Part shown: piece by piece, positions 56,175 to 64,000 of the stretch | How the letters are laid out: each line of letters opens with the position of its first letter | How positions within the stretch are numbered: position 1 is the stretch's first letter | Assembly: GCA_040882355.1 (NCBI GenBank) | Contig: JBBEBM010000043.1 | Span: 1 to 64,000 of the forward strand | Origin: Dehalococcoidia bacterium | Lineage (GTDB): Bacteria > Chloroflexota > Dehalococcoidia > DSTF01 > RBG-16-68-14 | DNA length: 64,000 nucleotides | Direction: 5' to 3' | Position numbers and translations under genes: made by a program | Notes under the pieces: generated by a model | What the model was told of the DNA's origin: nothing | What the model saw: the letters and a program-made list of their open reading frames with translations, nothing else | The model's database searches: none

Positions 56175-56475
56175 CCTCGACAACCCGGCCAGGGCATGGC
56201 CCGCCCGTGGTCTGGGCGCCGGATTCGCGCCGAAGGGGTGATCTGCCGTGACCCGCCAGAAAGGGCCATTTTGCCAAACCAACTGCCAGCTTTCGCGCGG
56301 CTTGCCCCGGACGCGGCGAAGGCGCGGTGCGGGGTAGTCTTGGCCCTCGACCCCTGCTACCCTCGAGCGGAGCGAAGGGACCCTCGACCCTCCGGCGGGC
56401 TCGGGCGCTGCCCTGGGCCCGCAAAGCGCCGACAATACTCCTAGTAGGTTCCCCAACCGAAGGGAGGGTGCGACA

Positions 56476-57732
56476 ATGGTAAGCGTCTTGGAGCAGCCCG
56501 GAACGATGTACGCCGAAGTGACCCAGCTCTTCGAGGAGGCGGCCAACGGCCTCGACCTCGAGGAGGAGGTCCGCCTCCTCCTCCGCATGCCCCACCGCGA
56601 GCTCCACGTCGAGGTGCCCGTCCGCATGGACGACGGCACCGTCCACGTCTTCCCCGGCTATCGCGTCCAGCACAACGGCGCCCGCGGCCCCTACAAGGGC
56701 GGCCTCCGCTACCACCCGCAGGCCGACCTGGACGAGGTACGCACCCTGGCCGCGCTCATGACCTGGAAGTGCGCCCTGGTCGACCTGCCCTTCGGCGGCG
56801 CGAAGGGCGGCGTCCAGTGCGACCCGACGGCGATGTCCTCGAGCGAGCTCAACCGCCTCACCCGACGCTACACCCAGAACATCGCCCACCTGATCGGCGT
56901 CAACCGCGACATCCCCGCGCCGGACATGGGCACCAACGCGCAGACCATGGCCTGGATGATGGACGCCTACGGCCAGCTCAACGGCTACACGCCGGGCATC
57001 GTCACCGGCAAGCCGGTCGAGCTGGGCGGGTCGGCCGGCCGCGACGCCGCGCCCGGCCGGGGCGTCTTCCTGGTGCTGCGCGCCCTCTGCGAAGACTTGG
57101 GCCGCGATCCGAATTCGACGAGCGTCGTCGTGCAGGGTTTCGGGCAGGTCGGCTCGTGGGCGGCGCGGCTGTCGCACGACGCCGGCTTCCGCATCGTCGC
57201 CGTCAGCGACATCTCGGGCGGCCTCCACAACGAGAGCGGCATCGACGTCCCTGCCCTGACGGCGCATGTCGCGAGCGGCGGCACCGTCGCGGCGTTCTCG
57301 AACGGCGAACATGTGTCGAACGAGGAGCTGCTCGCGCTCCCCTGCGACGTGCTCATCCCCGCCGCCGCCGGCGACGTTGTCACGGCCGCGAACGCAGGCT
57401 CGGTGCGCGCGAAAATCGTGATCGAAGCGGCGAACCACCCGCTCTCGTACGGCGCCGACGTCTCGCTCGCGGAGCGAGGCGTGCTCGTCGTGCCCGACAT
57501 CCTCGCGAACGCCGGCGGCGTCATCGTCTCCTACTTCGAGTGGACGCAGAACATCCAGCAGTTCCGCTGGGAGCTCGACCACGTCAACCGCGAGCTGGAG
57601 CGCATGCTGCTCCCGGCCTATCGCGCCGTGCGAACGCTCGCTGAAGAGCGAAACGTCACCATGCGCCGGGCAGCGTACCTGATCGCCGTCGAACGCGTCG
57701 CCCGGGCGATCCGCCTGCGCGGCTTCGTGTAG
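56476..57732 (+). CDS. gdhA: Glutamate (Glu/Leu/Phe/Val) dehydrogenase
   Basis: GPYKGGLRYHP, GGAKGG, DIPAPDMGT, GFGQVG, PDILANAGGV. Confidence 0.92.
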   Translation: MVSVLEQPGTMYAEVTQLFEEAANGLDLEEEVRLLLRMPHRELHVEVPVRMDDGTVHVFPGYRVQHNGARGPYKGGLRYHPQADLDEVRTLAALMTWKCALVDLPFGGAKGGVQCDPTAMSSSELNRLTRRYTQNIAHLIGVNRDIPAPDMGTNAQTMAWMMDAYGQLNGYTPGIVTGKPVELGGSAGRDAAPGRGVFLVLRALCEDLGRDPNSTSVVVQGFGQVGSWAARLSHDAGFRIVAVSDISGGLHNESGIDVPALTAHVASGGTVAAFSNGEHVSNEELLALPCDVLIPAAAGDVVTAANAGSVRAKIVIEAANHPLSYGADVSLAERGVLVVPDILANAGGVIVSYFEWTQNIQQFRWELDHVNRELERMLLPAYRAVRTLAEERNVTMRRAAYLIAVERVARAIRLRGFV

Positions 57733-57812
57733 CCACCATACTCGAAGGTCGTGCTGGCAGCCCGGCGGGCCGAGTGGCCGACAGGCTGAAGCCTGTCCGA
57801 CAAGCAGGTCTG

Positions 57813-58478
57813 CTACGAAGGGTCGTGTGAGGCCTGCGCCTCGCGCGAATACTCGCCGAGGCGACGCTCCACGTCGGCCGCGAGGTCCTCCACCTCGCGG
57901 AAGGGGCCCTGCTGCTCGGGGTACCACACCGTCACCACGACCATCAGACGTCCGGACGGGAACACGAGGCTGTCGGAGAAGAGGCGGTCATCCTCGATCA
58001 GTCGCGCCAGCCTGGAGCGGAGCGAGCCGGGCACCGGGTCGTCGCTCAGCGCGAAGTACGTGCCCGGATCGCCGCCCAGCACCTCGGGCCCCAGCAGCGC
58101 TTCCTGCTGGAGGAGGAGCTGCGTCAGCGGCTCGACGACCCGCTGGCCGGCGATCTCCTGCGGGATCGCCCCCGCCGCCTCCGCCTCGATGACGATGACC
58201 GCGGCGCCCTCGTTGCCGGTGTCATCCTCATAGGCGCGAAGCAGTAGACGCGCCTCGGAGTTGGCCGAGAGCAGCTCGGGCAGCACGTCCCAGAGAGCCT
58301 GGCCGCGCTCCTGATCGAAGTCGGAGGGCGCCCAATCGCCGGGCACGTCGCCGTCATTGAGGGCTACCTCGTCGAGGGTGGGCGCGCTACCGCCGCCGCA
58401 CGAGACGGCGACGGCCACGAACGCCAGCAGCGCGGCGACCAGCAGGACGGCGTTGACAGAGAGCGGGGAGCGGGTCAT
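57813..58478 (-). CDS. Hypothetical lipoprotein
   Basis: Hydrophobic signal ending VAVSC-GGG; GGAGG RBS. Confidence 0.75.
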   Translation of the reverse strand: MTRSPLSVNAVLLVAALLAFVAVAVSCGGGSAPTLDEVALNDGDVPGDWAPSDFDQERGQALWDVLPELLSANSEARLLLRAYEDDTGNEGAAVIVIEAEAAGAIPQEIAGQRVVEPLTQLLLQQEALLGPEVLGGDPGTYFALSDDPVPGSLRSRLARLIEDDRLFSDSLVFPSGRLMVVVTVWYPEQQGPFREVEDLAADVERRLGEYSREAQASHDPS

Positions 58479-58589
58479 GGGGACACCTCCCTACTCCTAA
58501 CGTCGGCTGGATGGCGATATAACCCGCACGCGCGCGGCTACGCGGCGCGTCAGGCCCTGCGACGAACGTGGCGAACGCTCTACGTGGGG

Positions 58590-58931
58590 TTAGTAGCGGC
58601 GAGCGGGCCGTACCTGGTCGAAGCACTCGCGACAGTAGACGGGCCGGTCGCCTCGAGGCTGGAACGGCACTTCCGTCTCCTTGCCGCAGTTGCTGCAGGT
58701 GGCCGGGAAGAGCTGCTTGGGGCCGGAACTCCAGCCTCCTCCACCGCCCCCGCCTCCACCGCCGCCGCCTCCACCACCACCTCCGCGCTCCTGCTTACGG
58801 GCAGCGCGACATGATGGGCAGCGCTTCGGCTCGCTGAAGCCCTTCTGTGCGTAGAACTCCTGATCGTCTCCGGAGAAGCTGAACGACTGGCCGCAGTCCT
58901 GGCACGTGAGTTCTTTGTCGGTGTATGACAC
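58590..58931 (-). CDS. Zinc-ribbon / CxxC-x17-CxxC protein with poly-Gly linker
   Basis: DKELTCQDCG...EPKRCPSCR; CSNCG...VPFQP...VYCREC. Confidence 0.92.
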   Translation of the reverse strand: MSYTDKELTCQDCGQSFSFSGDDQEFYAQKGFSEPKRCPSCRAARKQERGGGGGGGGGGGGGGGGGWSSGPKQLFPATCSNCGKETEVPFQPRGDRPVYCRECFDQVRPARRY

Positions 58932-59087
58932 GCGACGACCTCCTTTTTTTCGTTTCTACCGTCCAGTCGTCGGTGCCTGGCCCTCACTGCGGGCGGGACT
59001 GATGACTTGGAACGCTCGACTGCCCATAGCCTACGCCAGTCGGCCTAAGAAGGCAACCCCGGCGCAAGCGTCCGGTAAAGAAAAGCA

Positions 59088-59205
59088 CCCCGGCAACGGC
59101 CTATTTTCCCAGAGAGTTGCCCCCCAAGTATCGTCGGCGCTGAGGCGTTTCACTTCCGTGTTCGGGATGGGAACGGGTGGGTCCGCCTCGCTCTGGTCAC
59201 CGAGG
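59088..59205 (-). rRNA. rrf: 5S ribosomal RNA (stand-alone)
   Basis: Reverse complement contains CACCCGTTCCCATCCCGAACACGGAAGTGAA...GCGCCGACGATACT...GGGAAAATAGG; terminal helix CCTCGGTGAC/GTTGCCGGGG. Confidence 0.96.
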
Positions 59206-59212
59206 TAATAAT

Positions 59213-59241
59213 ACGATACCACACGGTTCTCCGACGGACAA
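59213..59241 (-). promoter_or_regulatory. Own promoter of the 5S rRNA gene
   Basis: TTGTCC-N17-TATCGT with TG extension, 7 nt upstream of the 5S 5' end. Confidence 0.65.
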
Positions 59242-59247
59242 GCCATG

Positions 59248-61128
59248 CTAGCCTCCTACCGCCCACAGCGTCGCGCAGCGGGCCGGGAGCGCGATCGCCG
59301 CGTCCGGCTGAAGCGTCAGGCCCTCCAGCGGCGCACCGGGCCCCGCGAAGCGCGCCTCGCTCGTTGAGAGCAGCGGCCGCCAGGTGAGCGTGGCGGCGTC
59401 GCCCAGCCACGCCTGCGACGCAACGTCGAACGACGCCTGCTGGCCGAAGTTTACGAGCAGCAGCCGGCGCTCCCCTTCCGCATCCCAGCGCTCGATGCCA
59501 ACGAGCTCGGGCGCGAGCGCGGCCGCGAGCAAGCGCCACCGGTCTTGCGCCCGCAGCACCGCGTCCTCTCGTCGCAGCCGGAGTAGCTCGCGCGTCAGGC
59601 GGTAGACGCCGTCGTGCGGCGGCTGCGCGCGCTCGCTGTGGTCGAGGCGGGAGTCCACGAACGCCTGCTCGTCCTGCGGGTTCGGCACGGGCGCCAGGTC
59701 TGCCGGTCGCGTGGCCCAGAAGTCCTTGAACTCGGCCAGGCGCCCGGCCAGCACCTGCTCGCCCAGCTCATACTCGTGGTCCGTGAAGTAGTAGAAGGGC
59801 GCTGAAGCGGCGAACTCATCGCCCATGAAGAGGAGCGGCGTGCACGGCGAAAGCAGCAGCAGCGCAAGCGCCGCCTTATACCGCTCCAGGTCGATCAGGT
59901 CGGAGAGCCGCCGCCCGAAGGGGAGGTTGCCCACCTGATCGTGGTTCTGGAGGCTGTAGACCAACCGATGGGCCGGCAGCGCCGGCGCGACGCCTGCCGG
60001 CGGCTCGCCCGGTTTCTTTGGCGGGCTCTGGTAGAGAAACCCGACGCGCAGCAGTCGCGCGATCTCTTCCGCCGTGCCCTCGTAGCTGCCCAGGTAACCC
60101 TCCTCCTCGCCGGTGAGGAGAACGTGCACCGAGTGGTGGAAGTCGTCCACCCAGAGCGCGTCAAGCCCGAAGCCGCCCTCGTCGCGCGGGAGGACCAGCC
60201 GCGTCTCGTTGCGCTCATCTTCAGCGACGATCAGGGCGCCCCGCTCGACTGGACCGTGTTCGCGAACGGCCTCGACCAGCTCCTGCAGGATGTGCTTCTG
60301 GCCGGAATCGTAGATGGTGTGCGTCGCGTCGAGGCGCAGGCCGTCGATGTGGTACTCGTGCAGCCAGTGGAGCGCGTTGTCGATGAAGAGGCGGCGCACG
60401 ACGGCGCTGTTCGGCCCGTCGAAGTTGATCGCGTCACCCCAGGGCGTCTGGTAGCGGTCGGTGAAGTAGTCCGGCGAGTAGACGCGCAGGTAGTTCCCGT
60501 CCGGCCCCAGGTGGTTGTAGACGACGTCGAGGATCACGCCGATTCCTGCCGCGTGCGCCGCATTCACGAGGCGACGCAGCCCCTCCGGGCCCCCGTAGAT
60601 GCTGCTCGGAGCGAAGAGATTGACGCCGTCGTAGCCCCAGTTGCGCCGGCCCGGGAACTCCGCCACCGGCATCAGCTCCAGCGCCGTTACGCCCAGCGTC
60701 CGCAGCCCCTCCAGGTGCGGGACCAACGCGTCGAACGTGCCCTCAGGCGTGTAGACGCCGACGTGGCACTCGTAGGTCACCAGCGCTTCGGGATCGAGCC
60801 CGCGCCAGGCCGCGTCTGACCATTCGAACGCCGACGGATCGATCACCTGCGACGGTCCGTGCACTCCCTCCGGCTGGCTGCGCGAATACGGATCGGGGTA
60901 GCCCCACTCGTTCAGGTGATAGCGGTAGAGCGTGCCGGCCGCCACCTCCACCTCGGCGCTCCAGGACCCGCCTTCCTCAGGGGCCATCGCGTGGCGAACG
61001 ATGCCCTCCGGCGGCGGGTAGAGCTCGACTTCGATCGAGCGCGCGGCCGGCGCCCAGACGCGGAAGCGTACCCGGCCGCCCGCGATGACCTGCGCACCCA
61101 TTTCGAGTTGCCAGCCGGTCTGGGCCAT
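59248..61128 (-). CDS. treZ: Malto-oligosyltrehalose trehalohydrolase (GH13)
   Basis: FRVWAP, DPYSRSQPEGVHG, NWGYDG, DVVYNH, GLRLDATH, QNHDQVGN. Confidence 0.93.
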   Translation of the reverse strand: MAQTGWQLEMGAQVIAGGRVRFRVWAPAARSIEVELYPPPEGIVRHAMAPEEGGSWSAEVEVAAGTLYRYHLNEWGYPDPYSRSQPEGVHGPSQVIDPSAFEWSDAAWRGLDPEALVTYECHVGVYTPEGTFDALVPHLEGLRTLGVTALELMPVAEFPGRRNWGYDGVNLFAPSSIYGGPEGLRRLVNAAHAAGIGVILDVVYNHLGPDGNYLRVYSPDYFTDRYQTPWGDAINFDGPNSAVVRRLFIDNALHWLHEYHIDGLRLDATHTIYDSGQKHILQELVEAVREHGPVERGALIVAEDERNETRLVLPRDEGGFGLDALWVDDFHHSVHVLLTGEEEGYLGSYEGTAEEIARLLRVGFLYQSPPKKPGEPPAGVAPALPAHRLVYSLQNHDQVGNLPFGRRLSDLIDLERYKAALALLLLSPCTPLLFMGDEFAASAPFYYFTDHEYELGEQVLAGRLAEFKDFWATRPADLAPVPNPQDEQAFVDSRLDHSERAQPPHDGVYRLTRELLRLRREDAVLRAQDRWRLLAAALAPELVGIERWDAEGERRLLLVNFGQQASFDVASQAWLGDAATLTWRPLLSTSEARFAGPGAPLEGLTLQPDAAIALPARCATLWAVGG

Positions 61129-61179
61129 GGTGGTGAAGTGTTGCGCAGCCCTCTCCGCCAGGGGCGCCGGCGAGACCCG

Positions 61180-61614
61180 CTAGCTTCCCTTCGCCCTTGG
61201 GTAGAGGACGGTCTGGGTCTGGAGCGACCGGCTCACGTGGCGGCCGTTCTCGTCCGTGGCGTCGGTCTGCACCACGATCACGGACCGTCCGACGTGAAGC
61301 GGCTTCGCCTCAATCGCGACCTGCCCGGAGCGCACCGCGGCGAAGAAGTTCGTCTTCGACTCGATCGTGCTCGTGCCGGTCGCGCCCTCGGGCAGGTTGT
61401 AGAAGGCGCACATCGCGCCCGCCGAGTCGACGGCCGCCATAAGGTAGCCTCCGTGAAGCATCCCGTTGCTCGTGCAGCGCTCTGCGTCCCAGCGCCCCCG
61501 CACGCTCACACGCTCCGCGTCAGCGTGCAGCACTTCCAGGCCGAGGAGCCGCATGAACGGCATGGTCTTGTGCGCGAGGTCGGTCAGCTCGGGCGAGGCT
61601 TCGTCGCTGGCCAT
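61180..61614 (-). CDS. PaaI-family thioesterase
   Basis: GMLHGG...D, TIESKTNF, LHVGRS. Confidence 0.9.
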   Translation of the reverse strand: MASDEASPELTDLAHKTMPFMRLLGLEVLHADAERVSVRGRWDAERCTSNGMLHGGYLMAAVDSAGAMCAFYNLPEGATGTSTIESKTNFFAAVRSGQVAIEAKPLHVGRSVIVVQTDATDENGRHVSRSLQTQTVLYPRAKGS

Positions 61615-61635
61615 GGTGTGTTGGGGGCCCCTGCG

Positions 61636-61974
61636 CTACTTCTCTACCGGCTCGCCGGCCTTGATCCAGGCTTCGGTGCCGCCTTCCAGGTTGTAGATGC
61701 GCTCGGCAGGCAGGCCCGCGGCCGCCGCCATCTCGCAGGCGAGCGCGCTGCGCTGGCCAACAGCGCACGTGAAGATGATCTTCCCATCCTTCGGCAGCTC
61801 CTCCCGCCGCGCGAAGACGGCGCCGACCGGGATCAGCGGCGCGCTCGGGATGTGGCCGTCCTGGTATTCGTGCATCTCCCGCACGTCGATGATGTGGGCG
61901 CCGTCGTTCAGCAGCTCCTTCGCCTCGGACACGGTGGCGCGGTAGAAGGGCTCCTGCGGGTTCTTGCTCGGCAT
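61636..61974 (-). CDS. Single-domain rhodanese
   Basis: IDVRE..EY..GHIP, CAVGQRS, LEGGTEAW; GGAGG RBS. Confidence 0.92.
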   Translation of the reverse strand: MPSKNPQEPFYRATVSEAKELLNDGAHIIDVREMHEYQDGHIPSAPLIPVGAVFARREELPKDGKIIFTCAVGQRSALACEMAAAAGLPAERIYNLEGGTEAWIKAGEPVEK

Positions 61975-62053
61975 CGTTCGATAACCTCCCAGAGGATTCT
62001 GGATGTTTTCGGGTTGCGAACTCATTTTACCAGAGCGCCGCGCTACCCGCCCT

Positions 62054-63481
62054 TCAGCGCCGCCGCCATCGATACGCTCCGAAGCCTCCCGCGCCCGCAA
62101 CGACCGTCGTGCCGGCGAGCGCCCACGGCCACCAGGACGCGCCTCCGCCTGACGGCAGGGCAGCGTCCGCCCCCGACCGCTCCCCCCGGCGCACGACGGG
62201 CGTCGGCTGTTCGACGAATGACGCCCCTCCCTCGACTCGCGACCCACCCGGCCCGTCCTGCCCGCCGCTCGACCGCACCGAGCTTCGCTCCGAAGCCGCG
62301 CGCGCCTCACCTGGCGCTGCGCCCGCCTCGCTGGGCCAGAGCGCGACATCATCGATATAGATCACGCCGCCCGAAGCCGAACGCGGACGGAGCAGCACGC
62401 GCGCCTTCGCCGAGCGCGCGCCCGGCGGCGCCTGCATCGGTCCCGTCGTGAGGTAGCGATAGCGCGACTCGCGCGAGACCAGCTCCTCCGTCGAATCGAC
62501 GTTCGCCAGAGCGCTGCCGCTCCCATCCGTGCTTGCGTACCAGGACACGCGCAGCAGCGCGCCCTCAACGCCTGAGTCGTTCAGCGAAACGTAGCCGTCA
62601 AGCTCGTACCAGGCGAGCGCGGTCACCGGCACCGTCTGATAGGCCCACTTCGTGCTGTCGCTCGCGCTGGCAAACGCCGCCGCGAAGCGCCCGCCATGCA
62701 CGGGCGACGCCACTTGGCCAAGCACGCCGCCCTGCGTGCGCCAGCCGGCGGGCCGTCCCGCCTGCGCCACCTCGAAGCCGCCGTTGGCGAGCAGGCTGGT
62801 CATCGGCAGGGGCGGCGCGGCGGCGCCCGGCTGGCCCGTGGGTGGTCCGCCGGGCGGGTCCGTCGGCGCCGGAGACGTCGAACCTGGCGGAAGTTGCGTG
62901 GGCAACGGAGGGCGCGTCGGCGTCGGGCAGGGCACTGCAGGCGGGACGGCTTCGAGGCTGAGGTCGTCTATGTAGGCGTAGGCCACCGCGCCCGTGGCAT
63001 CGTACCTTCGCAGGTCGACCATCGCGACCAACACCCCGGCGTCGCATGGCACGTAAAGAGGCGATGTCTCGAGCGGCCAATAGCTGGCGCCGGTGTCGTC
63101 CTCCTGGGCCGACGGCGCTGCGAGGCCTGCGACGCCAGCCACCCGCCATTCGAGCTTGAGGCTAGCGTACTGGACATTAGAGCCACCTACTCGCACCTGG
63201 CCGGTCAGGCGATATGTCGCGCCTGGCTGGAACACTTCGACCGGCTGCTCAATCCGGGTGGCTGGGTTGTCACCGACGGCACGCAGAAGGCCCGCGGTGG
63301 TGTTACGCGCGCCGAGACCAGCCTCCGTGCGGACTTCACCTCCGAACGGATGCCAGCCTTTTGTGCCCGACTCAAAGCCGCCGTTGATCAGGAGCAGTTC
63401 CTGGGCGCGAGCATCCCTCGTCGCGAGCGACGCGAACAGCGATACGAGGAGCAACGCTCCTAGGAAAGAGACGCGCGCCAT
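62054..63481 (-). CDS. Secreted surface protein, two CBM4/9-like jelly-roll domains, Pro/Thr linker, C-terminal membrane anchor
   Basis: Signal peptide; LINGGFE...YIDDL and LANGGFE...YIDDV repeats; LPSGG + TM + RWRRR. Confidence 0.8.
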   Translation of the reverse strand: MARVSFLGALLLVSLFASLATRDARAQELLLINGGFESGTKGWHPFGGEVRTEAGLGARNTTAGLLRAVGDNPATRIEQPVEVFQPGATYRLTGQVRVGGSNVQYASLKLEWRVAGVAGLAAPSAQEDDTGASYWPLETSPLYVPCDAGVLVAMVDLRRYDATGAVAYAYIDDLSLEAVPPAVPCPTPTRPPLPTQLPPGSTSPAPTDPPGGPPTGQPGAAAPPLPMTSLLANGGFEVAQAGRPAGWRTQGGVLGQVASPVHGGRFAAAFASASDSTKWAYQTVPVTALAWYELDGYVSLNDSGVEGALLRVSWYASTDGSGSALANVDSTEELVSRESRYRYLTTGPMQAPPGARSAKARVLLRPRSASGGVIYIDDVALWPSEAGAAPGEARAASERSSVRSSGGQDGPGGSRVEGGASFVEQPTPVVRRGERSGADAALPSGGGASWWPWALAGTTVVAGAGGFGAYRWRRR

Positions 63482-63545
63482 CCCTAACGCCTGTCCCTGG
63501 TCGGGGTGAGGGCTGAGTGCCCTGCAAGTTGCCTTCGCGCGACGG

Positions 63546-63565
63546 CCCCCCCCCCCCCCCCCCCC
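63546..63565. repeat. C20 homopolymer
   Basis: 20 consecutive C. Confidence 0.9.
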
Positions 63566-63675
63566 AAACCGGGGTCCTTACGCTCTGATTTCCAGGTCCC
63601 GAGAGCGCCTTACGACGCGCCCTCGGAGGTGATCATCGGCTAGAGAGTTCAGCATACAAGCCCCTCGATTGAAGG

Positions 63676-63999
63676 CTAGCGGCGGAAGCGGATGCGGCGG
63701 AAGAGCACCGTCTCGCTTACCACCTGCGTGTCTTCTGGCAACGAGTCGTCCACGTCAGCGACCGCAGCGCGGCGCCGGGCTGGCGCCCGAGACGACGCCT
63801 TTTCGCCGCGACCGAACGCGCCCCTCACCATGCGCCGCACGAGGATCTCGGCGATCGTCCCCGCCGCGACGAAGGCCGCACCCTTCACGACCGCGACCGG
63901 CACCGGCGGCTGCCAGACCGTGGGCAGATGGCGGCCGTTGCTGATCGCCGGGAGCTGAGGGTCGTGGAGGGCCAGGCCGCACTGGCGACAGAAGTTGTC
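63676..63999 (-). CDS. Hypothetical protein with zinc-ribbon (5' end outside window)
   Basis: ...DNFCRQCG...VPVAVVKGAAFVAAGT...FRRIRFRR*. Confidence 0.7.
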   Translation of the reverse strand, partial: DNFCRQCGLALHDPQLPAISNGRHLPTVWQPPVPVAVVKGAAFVAAGTIAEILVRRMVRGAFGRGEKASSRAPARRRAAVADVDDSLPEDTQVVSETVLFRRIRFRR

Positions 64000-64000
64000 C

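Noticed and set aside
58735..58785. CCx triplet repeat
   Set aside because: Encodes the poly-Gly linker common in this zinc-ribbon family
1..64000. Prophage, IS, integrase or anti-phage defence genes
   Set aside because: No transposase, recombinase, phage structural or recognisable defence motifs in any supported ORF

Overview
High-GC bacterial chromosome segment. Gene content and sorting signals suggest a monoderm Chloroflexota (probably Dehalococcoidia-like) genome, which is an inference. Bases ~1.4-32.5 kb hold two convergent surface-glycan operons. The + operon (1447-21025) carries gmhA, split HldE (kinase + adenylyltransferase), a DHS-like unknown, an O-antigen ligase/polymerase, a MurJ-like flippase, GT2/GT4 enzymes, three methyltransferases, a GT4-GT9 fusion, a dehydrogenase/formyltransferase/aminotransferase module and an initiating sugar transferase. 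The - operon (32456-24548) carries Wzc, a small membrane ORF, an LPxTG protein, DUF4012, gmhB, hddC, hddA and a WcaJ-like protein lacking its catalytic dyad. A pseudo-receiver LuxR regulator sits divergently next to it. The rest is largely housekeeping (proS, rho, tal, pyrG, lysS, alaS, gdhA, treZ) plus a MerR-cyclase-YHS fusion, a ThrC-like/NIL/sulfur-carrier operon with a leader ORF, and a stand-alone 5S rRNA. The most notable non-coding signals are a pyrG GGGC-start leader, shared repeats upstream of all three tRNA synthetase genes, a duplicated alaS 3' end flanking a small insert, and a C20 tract upstream of a surface protein.
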